A DNA stretch of 64,000 nt, from NCBI RefSeq assembly GCF_038025025.1, contig NW_027117347.1:1736001-1800000 (forward strand), in the 5' to 3' direction. This DNA is from Phyllosticta citribraziliensis. Its lineage: Eukaryota. Positions 11,792 through 23,177 of the stretch are shown in pieces. The notes beneath the pieces were generated by a model that did no database searches, was not told where the DNA came from, and saw only the letters and a list, made by a program, of their open reading frames with translations. The position numbers and the translations under genes were made by a program. Positions within the stretch are counted from its first letter, which is position 1. The number at the start of each line of letters is the position of its first letter.

Positions 11792-13150
11792 CTATCTCAA
11801 CCACCGCACCGGCGGCACCGGCGTCGCCGCCGCCGTCTCCTGCGGCACAGCAGCAGCAGGAGTAAGCGTCCTCTTGAGCAGCGAGTCGGCCGTCTTGAGC
11901 GGGATAGGCGGGTCAATGACGCCCTCGAGACACGCGTCGCAGTTCTTCCACAGGGGGACGAGGTCGCGGACAGCGTCAGGGATGACGAGGCGCGGGGCGT
12001 AGTCATCATAGATAGTGTGGCAGACGTTCGTCGGCGTGGCGGCGGTGGTGGTCCAGCACTTCGACATGCCGCGGTACACGTCGGCGGGGACGGTGTTGAG
12101 GTCGGCGAAGTCGAAGGACGACGTCGCCGATACCCAGCTGCCTTCGGACGCGGCGCCGACGGTGCGGATGCTTGAGAGGCTGGCGGGTGGGATGGGCACG
12201 ACGAGGTGCGACGTCGTGTGCCCGCAGAGCGTGGTTTGCCCGTTGACGAGCGCGCCCGCGATGCCGACCACGTAGTCGAAGCTGAGGTACACGCTGGGCG
12301 AGGTCATGGTGATGCCGCGCGTGACGACGGTGGCGACGGCATCGGCGTCGGGAGCGGCTGTGATGGTGGATTTTGCGGTTGCGTTTGCTGTTGGGGTTGC
12401 GGTGGAGCTGTCCCCTGTGCACAGCGGCGAGCCGGTGGTGACGGGCCAGTAGAAGAGTTCGACGGAGCGCGCGCGCACCTGGCAGCGGTCGCAGTACTGG
12501 AAGTTCTTGCACGGGCCCACGTCCGGGTTGATCAGGTTGTCGTGCGGGCTCTGCATGGTCGTGTAGTAGGCAAAGTCGCTGCCGAGCGCGAAGCACTGGT
12601 CGCCGGCCACCGAGCAGGTGGGCGCCGCCGTGGTGACGGTGTTGGTCGACGCGTTGGTGACGCCGCTCCAGGCCGTAGCCGTCGTCACCGTCTGGTTGAA
12701 GGTGCGGTATTCCGAGACGCCTGACGGCGCGCGAGGGTACCCGTCGCAGAGCGTGTGGAGAGATGTCGGGGCGGCGTTCTTGACCGACGTCAGGGTTACT
12801 GTCGTTTGAGCTGGGATCGACGTGTCCGTGGTGTAGGTTGAGTATCCTTCCTCGTACACGTCCCATGAGGATAGACAGCCTGAAGCGCTCGACAGGGACG
12901 GCGCGACGCTGATGCTTGAAGGAGGGTTCGTGTTGGTTGATGTTGGCGTGTACTCGGAAAGTTCCAAAGTGGAATATAGTCCAGACAAGTAGTCGAATGA
13001 GGTGGCATCCCGATTGACCAAGACGTCGTTGGCGACGTTTGGCTGCATAGCAGTAGCAGCGGGAAATGAGGCGGCATCCGCAAAGAATCCACTGGTAAGA
13101 GGAAGCGACGGTGTTGACAGAGCCATTGCGGGCTGAAGTTTACTGCCCAA
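11792..13150 (-). CDS. Ser/Thr-rich, Cys-containing probable secreted or cell-wall protein of unknown function
   Basis: 452-aa ORF with biased GC-rich codons, Thr/Ser tracts and spaced cysteines (LCDGYP, CQVRARSVELFYWP, SPSVYLSF). The true start is uncertain because a possible splice acceptor lies near 13158. Confidence 0.6.
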   Translation of the reverse strand: MGSKLQPAMALSTPSLPLTSGFFADAASFPAATAMQPNVANDVLVNRDATSFDYLSGLYSTLELSEYTPTSTNTNPPSSISVAPSLSSASGCLSSWDVYEEGYSTYTTDTSIPAQTTVTLTSVKNAAPTSLHTLCDGYPRAPSGVSEYRTFNQTVTTATAWSGVTNASTNTVTTAAPTCSVAGDQCFALGSDFAYYTTMQSPHDNLINPDVGPCKNFQYCDRCQVRARSVELFYWPVTTGSPLCTGDSSTATPTANATAKSTITAAPDADAVATVVTRGITMTSPSVYLSFDYVVGIAGALVNGQTTLCGHTTSHLVVPIPPASLSSIRTVGAASEGSWVSATSSFDFADLNTVPADVYRGMSKCWTTTAATPTNVCHTIYDDYAPRLVIPDAVRDLVPLWKNCDACLEGVIDPPIPLKTADSLLKRTLTPAAAVPQETAAATPVPPVRWLR

Positions 13151-13995
13151 ATCGAACTACGTGGCGGTCAGAGAGTCCAGTGCGAATGATGTACCGACAC
13201 GGCGAATGTAGGTGCAAAGCTTGAACGTTGGACTGAAATTATCAAAGAAGGACTGAACATTAATATCTGGACGTCAGACCCAGCTATAGGGGCCAGAACT
13301 ATTCACACAAGGCGTCCCCTGGACAAGGCTTTGCAGACTCCGCCCATGACTGCGGTCAATAGGTCTGCGGTGGGCGTGATCTGCTTGGGGGCCAAAAGTA
13401 AATCCCTTCCCATTTCAGCTAGCTCTTGACAGCGGACCTGAACCGTGAGTCCTCTTCGCATCGGGAAATCCGGGCATGTTCTTTGTGAGCTGCCATTCAA
13501 GGTCGGCACCGAGTCCGAAGAAGCCAGTGCTGCATCTGCGGCTAGACCGAGAATGGAAGATTTGCCAGATCTTTTGTTGCTCCACACGCCGTTGAGTGGT
13601 CCATGGAGACTGGAGAGTATGTGCAGGTCAATCCGCCTCGTTGATCCTAGACTGCTGAATAATTCATGTCGCAAGGCTCAGACACGCGGAAGCCCTGCGC
13701 CCAGTGGTACAGGGCAGTGATTGTGTCGTCAATATAGGTCTGCAACCTGGGCCTGAATGCTGCCAGTCTGACGTGAGCTTGTAAGAATTCACAATGAATG
13801 ATGTCGAGACATCGACAGCTGGAAGTCTCCTCTCTCCGAAATAGTGTGAGCAATACAGGGGATCCATAGCGGAGAAAAGTCATTTCCATTGCATCCATTG
13901 CCAAGACCAAGCCGCCGAAGATGGACAAGTTCGAGGCTCGAGCTGTTTTTTGGCCCCATGTGGATCGTTGATCTCCCGATAGCCACACGGACCAA

Positions 13996-15301
13996 TCACA
14001 GAGAACCTTTGCTGCCCATGTGCGGAAAGACGTGGGCCAAACCTCCCTCGTGAAGATGTTTTTGAGGGACCTTGGGAGTTTCGTCGCGCGTGATTTGGTC
14101 AGGTACTTGCTTTTTGCTCTCGGAGCTCGTGTCCAGCACGTTTCCCATCTCCGGAGAATGCTCCAGCACTTTTTCCGGCTCTGGCTCTAGCGCAGCTGGG
14201 GCTGGGCTGGACGAGGGCTGGTCGTCAGAACGCCGTGGCTCGTCGCGCAAGAGGTTTGATGAGATTCGGAGGGTCTCGTCCACATCTTTGGTCAGTTTTT
14301 CAATCTCCTCCTCGACAAGCTCGTCCTTTGATTTGGCCTCTTCTGGCTGTCTGCCGAGGTCCGCAGCAGCCTTGGGAACGGTCATGCGCCACAGCTCTTC
14401 CAACTCTTCTAACCAGCCACATGCCTTTGCCAGTTTCCTCACGCCGTCGTCGCAATCACCAAGCACGAGGACATCGTCACTCCTGGAGCCAAGACTTCCC
14501 ACTTGCTCCTTGTTGACCAACACGCGCGGCACATTTACCGATACGAATCCCGGCAAGCTGGCAAACGGCTGCACGGTCAAGCTGGTGCCCATGACGATGG
14601 CCAGATCCGCTCTGGCAGCCTTGCCTCGATTCTCGAAAAATTCCGACGGAAGCTTTTCGCCAAAAAAGACAATGTCTGGCTTGACCAAGCCGTTGCAGTC
14701 GCCATTCAAACACCGAGGCACCTCCTTGTCCTGAATCGCCTTCCGCATCTTGTCGTCGGGGTAGGGCGACTGGCAGTCGATGCAGCGCTGCTTTGCAAAA
14801 GATCCATGCGCTTCGACAATCTTGTCGTCGGGCACACCAGCCTCGCGCTCAAGACAGTCAATGTTTTGTGTGAACAGCTTCAGCAAGATGCCCTTGTTGT
14901 GTAGGAGCTTGATAAAGGAGTGGGCAATTGTGGGGCGGTATTTTCCAGGGTACAGCTCTTGCGCCAGCGTATAAAAAGGCAACGGGTTCTTGCGAAAGTA
15001 CTCTATATCGAAGACGGCTTCAGCGTAAGGTAGGTCGAGGCGCGCGAGATTGGCGTAGAGACCCGTATCGGGACTGCGGAAGTCCGGTATGCCTGCAGAG
15101 GTGGAAATGCCTGCGCCGACCTGAGAATACAACGTCAGCCACGGAAAGCCATCATCAGGCTTCAGCGACGTTGCATACCATCACCACGACTTCTTTTGCG
15201 CGTCCATTGCGGAGATATTTGCCGACGCCTTCGACTGTGCGACTCTCCAGCGTCACCGATGGCTTGCTTTCATCGACGATGGTGCTCTCTTCTTGGCCCA
15301 T
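13996..15301 (-). CDS. HST2: NAD-dependent protein deacetylase, sirtuin class I (Hst2/SIRT2)
   Basis: MGQEES start, GAGISTSAGIPDFRS, TQNIDCLE, AHGSF, Zn cysteines, KPDIVFFGE, GTSLTVQPFASL. Intron 15178-15121. Confidence 0.93.
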
Positions 15302-15784
15302 CTTGCACCAATTTTTGCCTTTTCCAGCCTTTCCTCTGTCGGGATTTTTTCCTTTGGCTGGCTGCGATGGCTTGCCGCCCTGGCGGTGAGGTTTGTGCTT
15401 TCGACCTATCGTGGGAAGGTAGTTGAAGAAACGGCGTATGCGATGCACTTTGACTGAAAGTTTCGAATGTTTGCGACGGGGATAGTTGACGGTTGGCGAT
15501 GGTGTCGTGGTGATGAAAGACGCTGGCAACCTAACGGGACTGCCCGAACCGCCGCCAATCTGTATGACTAATCCTCCGCGGGCAACTGCGACCCGTTTCC
15601 TCTCCTTCTCAACCCTCACGTCTTTCTCGCCAACCTCCTCATATTTACTCGAAATTGTGTCTATTGTTTCATCGAGTCGAGGATCCACAGCAATTACGGA
15701 GCCCAGACGGCTCCGTTGCAGATGCTGGCCTCCAACCCGCGTTCTACTACCAAATTTCTCAACTTGCGGAGCAACACTCCACCT

Positions 15785-17469
15785 TCATCTTGACCGCGCA
15801 CTTGTCGGTCTCTCTTCCGCCGTTTGCCCCTCATCAGCTGGCAATTCGTACAACGGAATGCTTCCCACAAGCTCTGCGTCTTCCCCTGCAGAACTGGCCA
15901 TTTCGTTTGGCTTTCCAGTGCCCGCGAGCTCCTGCTGCTCCTTACCACTAAGCTCCGCCCATGGCTTGCCTTCGCCGTCCAACTCTGGCTTCCTATCGAG
16001 TGCGTTGACGGAAACTTGTCTCTTTTTGAAAGGCCACAACCTACGCAACTTGGCATATACCAAGTACCCGACAGCTGCGAGAACGGCAACAGCTGCTATG
16101 ACGATTCCGACGATTTTGCCCGTGTCGAGTATCGGATGCGCCGGTCTGTCCTCTGAATCGATAAACATTGGTTTGAAATCTTTATCGAAGATGGCACGTC
16201 CAATTCTGAAAAAGTTCTGGTCATAATCCGCGAAGAGATACGTCTCCTGCAAAAAGACGCGCCCCAGGATCACTGACTCGGACGGCCTCATCGCGAAGTA
16301 AAGCCCTGATGCGTTAGTACTCATGTTCGACCCAAGGCCTGCCGTCAATACAAAAGCCGAAAAGGGGAGCGTAAGGTCCTCGCATGGCTCGTATCCGCAC
16401 ATGCTGAACGAGATTTTGTAGTCTGGCGACTCCACATCGAGGTCGTCGGGCACGGAATAGAGCTCACGTTCTGAATCCCAGGTCAAATTGAATTCGTTTG
16501 CAATCACCCAGCACCAGTATTCCGGGAGCCACAGGTACGGCAGCGCCGGTTCTATTGTGGCCTTCACAGCAGACTCTGCTGATCCTCCGGCCCCAAAATT
16601 CGAATAATTGTTTGACCGGACTGTGATGCCTTCGAGGACCACTTGAAAAAGTGAGGATGAGTTTGTGCTTATTTCGTTTTTAACGTATACAGTGAAGTTG
16701 GCTCGAGACAAGTCGTATCCTCCGAACGTAAGGCTAGCGGAGAAATTGCCTCGATCTAGGTAAGTTTTTCTCCTCTCGCTAAATTTTGAGGCAAGACTTA
16801 CGACGGAAAGACCCTGCCGTGTAGCCCCACCTGGCCGCCATCTTGGAGCCATGAATGTCGTCGGATATGGAACTGAGGCTGTCAGTGATACTCGAGTATT
16901 GTCGACTAAACGTCGATGCAGCCGTGTTGTTGGGCGCGAGCCCCATGAGCCCCAACTCAAACGTCGATCCGTCCATCAGAGCCACGGCTTGACCATTGAC
17001 TGTGCCAGTCTTGGAGGTAGGAAGAGCTGCAGATTGGAATCCAAAGCTTCCAGAGACGGTCCCGAATCCGACATCGTTTCCCAATTCGAGCGAGTATTCT
17101 CCGGCATTGGCCCAATCGCTGCTTGCGTTGATTTGCAGCAGACCTCCATGTCTCTCCGCGCAGTCCTTCGTCAATGTATTGACGCACGCCGAAGAATCGA
17201 CTGCGAAGATGGCGGCAACGGAAAAGGAGGGAAGCAAACGGACAGTTTTCCACCCCAATGCAGTGTTGAGCTTGAGCTCAAAAGTCGACCAAGGCCCGTC
17301 GCTCCCGTCCCTGTAATCATCAACATCGTGCGGCCCACCAGCAAATGACTGTTTCGGCTTACCAGTGTCCACTCGGGTCAATCGACAGGACATTTGGATT
17401 TTCCCACGATGCTGCAACTCCGCAAATGAGGAATGCAGCCCATGTCTGCTTCCATGCGAGAAGAATCAT
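15785..17469 (-). CDS. Membrane-anchored aspartic-protease-like (pepsin fold) protein A, catalytic motifs degenerate
   Basis: Signal-like N-terminus MILLAWKQTWAAFLICGVAAS, WDGSDGPWSTF, WGYTAGS, LTFGGYD, ILGRVFLQETY, TM helix IVGIVIAAVAVLAAVGYLVY. Introns at about 17362-17312 and about 16801-16757. Confidence 0.8.
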
Positions 17470-17916
17470 CTCCAAGCCTTATTGGAAGTTTTACCTCCCG
17501 CGCAGCATGGTTCCGCGACGCAAGGCTTTTTGTCACGCCGCAGGGCTGGGTCCCTTTTCTCTGAACGCACCACAGGAGCTGACCAACAACCGCGTACGAC
17601 CTACTTCCAAAGACGGCCTTAGCTGTGTCATGAATGGAACGCTTGGCTCCAGAGAAATAGCCCCCAAAGATTGAAAAGTGTCGTACAACACCACTGCAAA
17701 GAAGAATTGTGGGAAACTGGGCCTATGAGATGCAGTCGCGCCTCTCACAATACAACACAGGCTGGGACTTGCGCAACAACAGTCCTTGCGAGCTGCAACT
17801 ATCCAACGCTCACTGGTGGAGGTCGAAAGGACAAACGCCATCCCTTTCTTTCGCTACACATGAAACAGTGAGGCCATCTAGGTAATGGTCGCACAACTCC
17901 ATCAAGCAACACGCAG

Positions 17917-19761
17917 CTACTTCTTCGGCTTCGCGGCCTCCTCGACACCCTCGACGTCCTGTCCTGGGAGCTCATAGAGCGGAATACTCCCCATGAGCTC
18001 CGCATCACCGCCAGACTGGCAAGGCGCCAGCTCGTTCGGCTTGTCAGCGCAAGGCATCTCCTTGCGGTCCTCTGTGCAGCTCATCTCCGCCCGCGGCACA
18101 CCTGCGCCGTCAAGCTCTGGCTTGAAGCTTGCTGGCTCTTCTCCTTCGACAGCACTGGCAGCAGTGGTCGACGCTGCCCTAAACGGCCAGCGCTTCTTCG
18201 CCTTCGCAAACGCCAGATAGCCGACTGTCGACACGGCCGTGAGCACGGCGCTGACGATGCCGGCGATTGCGGCGCCGCTGAGCCCAGAGCTTTCCTCCGC
18301 TGGCGCTTGCACTGTGATGACTCGCGACTCGGCCGTCGGGTCGAACATGGTCTGGGAAATGTTGAAGTAGTGCCGGTCAAAATCCGCAAATATGTGCGTC
18401 TCCTGCAAAAACGCGCGGCCCAGCGTGCTCGACGAATCTTTGGACGGCTTGATCGGGAAGTAGCGGCGGGGCTCGTAGCTCGTCGACATGTTGTCGCTGG
18501 CGATGGTACCGTTGGGGTTCTTGATGAGCGGGTAGCTCGCCGACAGCGCAAACGCCGCGTACGGGAACGCAATTTCGTGGCAGTTCGTCTCTTCCGGGTC
18601 GCAGATGGTGAAGGTGATGTTCGGCCGCAGCGCCATCAGCGCCTCATGCGCCGCATCGCCAATAAAATACAGCTCGGACGCAGGGTCCCAGGACAAGTTG
18701 AACGCCCGCTCGAAGCCGCCGCAGATGGCGTCGCTGAGGAACAGCGCGGAAAAGGCGGGTTCGATGGCGGCTTCGAATTTTGCGCTCGAGATGTTTTGCA
18801 CCCCGGCGTCGACGCCTGAGATGCGTATGCGCTGGATCTGCACCGTGAGCGCCGTGAAGGCCTTGTCCGAGTTTTGAACGACGGGGATTTTGACGGATGT
18901 GTCGCTGTCGAAGCGCGACACGTCGTAGCCGCCGAAGATGAGGCTCGCGGTGAAGTTGCCTGGAGCAGCGTCAAGTGACTGCCATGCACGCACGAGAACC
19001 AGCACCACCACAAAAGGAAAACTCACGATGAAACGCGCCCGCGGTATAACTCCACGAATTCCCCGCAATGCGGCCCGTGGAATTCATGCTCTGAAAAAAA
19101 CTCGGCATGGGCTCGCTATAGCTATACACATTAAACGGACTGGGCGAGATGCCGAAGCTGCCGACCCAAAAGTCATACTTGGCCATGGCGGCGACCGTCT
19201 GGCTGCTGATGATGGGCTCGGTGTCGTCCCAGGTCAGGCCGACGGTCTCCTGGCCAAAGATGCCCTGCAGGTCCAGCTGCGGCGAGCCCTGCGACCACGT
19301 GAAGTCGCCCATGGGCGCCCAGTCGGCGCTGGAGGCGTACGAGAACATGGCGCCGCGCGCGGCCGCGCAGTCGGCTTGGGTTAGATTGGAGGTGCTGTTG
19401 GTGCTGTTGGTGGAGGGGCAGCCTGACGGCTCGACTACGAAGATGTTGCTGAAGAAGAAGGACGGGAAGACTCGCACGTGTTGCGTGTTGTTGGTCGGTC
19501 CGAGACGCAGGCCGAAGGACGACCACGGCCCGTCGTTGCCGTCCCTTTTTGTGGTGGTGCGTTGTTAGTTTGATGGCTTTCTGCTGCGGTGTTTGGGGGA
19601 GGTGTGGTTGAGTGGATGAATGAATGGACGGGCTGCACACACCAGTATCCGCTCGGCTCGAAGGTGATGGGCGCGGGTATGGGATTCTGAGCCACTGCCC
19701 ACCCAACCAGACACAGCAGACATATCCCCCACGACGACCTCGTTTGCGGATGGACCTTCAT
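17917..19761 (-). CDS. Membrane-anchored aspartic-protease-like (pepsin fold) protein B, catalytic motifs degenerate
   Basis: Signal peptide, WDGNDGPWSSF, WSYTAGAF, LIFGGYD, TLGRAFLQETH, TM helix AIAGIVSAVLTAVSTVGYLAF. Two introns at positions equivalent to paralog A. Confidence 0.82.
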
Positions 19762-20385
19762 CCTTTCCTTTTCTCTGCTTTTTCCGCGGAACTAAAAGAA
19801 AGGGGGTGAGATTGAGGGCGTAGGAGGGAGGAGCGGAGAGCGCGGGACGGGGCTGTTGAAGGGCGGGGAAGAGCGTCTTCATCGCACAGGGCTGTCATCT
19901 TACGATGCTGCCTGCAGTTGCATGTCCTATCAGCGCTGCGTTGTGTGGTTGTCACTCGGAAGTATCTTGTTCACGATCTTGGCTTGCTGCGACATGCCGT
20001 CCCTACGCGTCGTGTGAGATGGGTGATAGGAGAGGGGACTGGCTGCAGCATAGAGAAATGAAGCATCGAGTAAGAAGAGGACGACTAAGAGAGGCTCAGC
20101 AACTACGCGTTGGATGTTTGCGGCAGGGTCAATATGGCTTGGTGTCGAAAACCCAGCTGTAGGCGCGGACGCTGAGGTCCGGCTCGGTAGGGGAGCCGAA
20201 GGCGCAAGGTACAGTACAAGTATAAGTAAGAGAGGACCAAGACTTCTTCAGCGTCGTGCCACCAACAAGTCCAACTACAGTATAAGCAGTCAGCTTGTGC
20301 AACGAGACATGTGATAGGTGATTCTGCACTCACCTTATCCCATCCCTTGTCCTACTATTGGCTATGCCACCGCATAAAGATTCAT

Positions 20386-21498
20386 TCAGTGTATATACTC
20401 CATCCCGCAGTCGCCCATCTGCTCAAACATGTCTTCGCGCCGACTCCTCTTCAGGACGTCCTCGATCTTTTGCAACTCGCCGTCGTCGAGGCTCCATCCA
20501 TATACCTTCAGATTCTCCTCCGTACGATCGCTGACGCCAAGACGCGTACCAACAATGACAGCGCCCACGTACGCGTGGTCCAAAACCCAACGCGTCGCCA
20601 CATTGGAGACGGACACGTCGCGCTTGTCTGCAATGGCGTTGAGGGCTGCGAGCAACTCTTGGAAAAGATCCCATCCTCCCCACGCCACAATCTCCTCGTA
20701 GTACTGTACTCCATCAGCAAGGCTCTCCTGAAAGAGTGCAAAGAGGAACATCACACACCTTGCGATGGCTAGGCGTCATGCCGTCGCTATAGAGCGCCGG
20801 CGCCGGCTGCCCGACCCATTTGTCGGCCAGGAAGCCGCCGCAGAGCGTCCCGTACGTTAGCAGTTTGACACCGTGCTTTGCGCACAGCGGGCCCATCTTG
20901 ACTGTCGGGCGTGAGTCGATGAGCGAGAATTGCACTTGGTTCGTAGCGAGGGCGATACCAGCAGCAAGTGCCTGCTCCATCTTTGCCGTGTCGAAGTTCA
21001 CAGCACCCAGAGACGCGGCGCGCGTGTCGTTGTGCAGGTACTGTAGCGCTTTGATGTGCTCTCCGTTTCCGTACTGTGCATGTAAAGTCAGTCGTTGACG
21101 GGCGGAAAGAAATGAGAGCAGATTACATGTTGGACGTAGAACTGGCACAGATCGATGCTTTGCGCCTTGATATTCTTGACACGCTGAGCCAGCGCCGCAT
21201 CCATCACGTCGTCCGTCGGATCAACCTTTTCAAAGAGGCAGATTTTGGTGGCGCAGTAAATCTTGTCGGGCTGCTCGTGCCGCGTCCGAAAGCGCCCAAA
21301 CAGCAGCTCAGCGTCGCCGTAGTGGTCAGCCATGTCGAACGCGGTGAAGCCGGCGTCGACGAGCGCTTGGAAGTGCCTTTTGATCTTGGACAGCGGCGCT
21401 GTGCCCCACTGCGGACTGGAGCATTGCCAGAGACCGACGAAGAGGCGCGGGACGCTGCGGGAGCCGATTTGGAAGGTTTCAATGTCGGTGGTGGGCAT
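20386..21498 (-). CDS. Aldo-keto reductase family protein
   Basis: PRLFVGLWQ, FDMADHYGDAE, ATK, NQVQFSLID, LLTYGTLCGGFL, VATRWVL, VIVGTR. Introns 21126-21074 and 20758-20704. Confidence 0.9.
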
Positions 21499-21769
21499 GG
21501 TGGTGTGTTTGAAGGGCAGACTCCGATGCTGGAGTTGAGAATGTCATGATTGTCAGTTGGTGGTGGTGGTGATAGGGAGAGCGGAGGTGCTGCCGTCCTG
21601 TGTGGGGCTCTGCTACCCGCAGTTCCTTGGATGGAGACCAGTCATGCAAGCTCCCCACTTCTGGCGCGATGTATGTTTTGCAGTAGTGCGGCTATACATA
21701 TGTCAACCTCCATCTCATGTGGAGGAATGGTTGTAGCGACGCCAACAAGAATCCCAACAGCCAGCCATC

Positions 21770-22378
21770 ATGACCACCGACGCGCCGCCAGCCGCGGCCA
21801 AAACATCTCACGTTAATATGATGGTCGACACGGTGGTCGCAAACCTCCCGGCTGAGGGCCTGCGTTCCATCATCCGCAGCCAACTCGCAACCACCCCGGC
21901 ATTCACGTCGTTCTTCATCGACAGCGCGCAGCGCTACCTCTGCGACACCAACAAGGCCGTCGGCAAAGTCTTTGAGTACAAGCACGACAGCGCCGGAACA
22001 CCGCGTCCTGTCGCGACAGCCGAGTACGGGAACGTCTTGCGCCGAATTCGTGCCATGGTTGGGAGTGGCCTCGTTTCCAATGCGCTTCCGCGCATCAACG
22101 AGATTCTAGAAAAGACGTTGGCGCTGGAGGGCTGGGATCATGGGTCGGAGTGGGAAGAAGAGCTGATTGACAGCTTGTCAGAGCTGGAGGGCGACGTTGT
22201 GCAGAGTGTTACAGCGATCCAGAAGGTTTTGGTCGCGCGCGGGTTGACCGAGGCTGAGAGGGAGCTGGTTTTGGGTTTGGCCGAGGCTTTGAAGAAGTGC
22301 AAGACGCTGGCAGACGAAAAGGAAGCCGAGGATCTGTTTGAGAGGGGCCTTGAGAGTGTTGAGAGTCTTTTGAGCTGA
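21770..22378 (+). CDS. Hypothetical alpha-helical protein, divergent from the AKR
   Basis: Intronless 202-aa ORF with good Kozak context (ATCATGA) and typical codon bias. No motif recognised. Confidence 0.7.
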   Translation: MTTDAPPAAAKTSHVNMMVDTVVANLPAEGLRSIIRSQLATTPAFTSFFIDSAQRYLCDTNKAVGKVFEYKHDSAGTPRPVATAEYGNVLRRIRAMVGSGLVSNALPRINEILEKTLALEGWDHGSEWEEELIDSLSELEGDVVQSVTAIQKVLVARGLTEAERELVLGLAEALKKCKTLADEKEAEDLFERGLESVESLLS

Positions 22379-23177
22379 GCGATCAGTGCTGGAGCGCGGA
22401 ACGAGGTTCTTTAGAGAGCAGCACATGTTTCTGGACCCTGCAGTCTTGCAGCTTGTTGGTCAACGAGCTCTCGAGAGTTCCTGAGCTGTTTAGTAAATGC
22501 CGACAGCCGCAACACCGAGATCCGGTCACTACGTTTGAAGTTGGCTTTTGGGCGGAATCATCAAGGATGATCCATACCACGCTGCACGTCACAGCAGCCT
22601 TGTCTCAAAGTTTCGTCCCTCGTCTCGCGTCAACCGTCTTCAACCTCTGTCCCACGACGCCTTGACCCTCGTTCGTGCTCCATCTGTTGTTCCATCGTTT
22701 GAGCCGGCCGAGTTACGGACGAGTTGCGAATCTGGGGTAGCCTGCGATAAGAGGCGCGTATCTGGAGAGCTGGCGTTTCTTGCCAGACTGGAGGCCGCAC
22801 CGTCGCCCTTCCATTCGATTTCGACTCGTCATGATTGGCGAGAGTCCAGAGTCAGCGCGGGCCTCGTGGCATCGTGTGCAGCTCGACGATTCGGATGTGC
22901 GATCGAGGATCTGCGAGGCCGACGCTTTGGCATGCGTGCAGCATCGTCTTGGTGAGCCTGCGGCGCTCTATCGACCTGTCGCATGGCTGCCATGGCATTC
23001 GATTTGGCACACGGTTGACACTGATTTGACGAGCGGATAATGACAAGCGGAGGGTCCAGAGGTTGAGGTGGAAGATGAGGTCTGCTGAGGTGGTGGACGA
23101 GAGGCGTTCCACAAGTCCGGGTCGATTATTCATCGTCTATCTGCAACCACACACAACCCACGTCGCGTCGCGTCTCT

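Noticed and set aside
15155..15688. 177-aa ORF as a separate gene
   Set aside because: Its 5' part runs on from the end of aspartic-protease-like gene A in another frame; only 15301-15179 is the sirtuin first exon.
22400..23170. Possible eighth cluster gene between the unknown protein and the amidase
   Set aside because: Only short overlapping ORFs without motifs; most likely convergent 3' UTRs.
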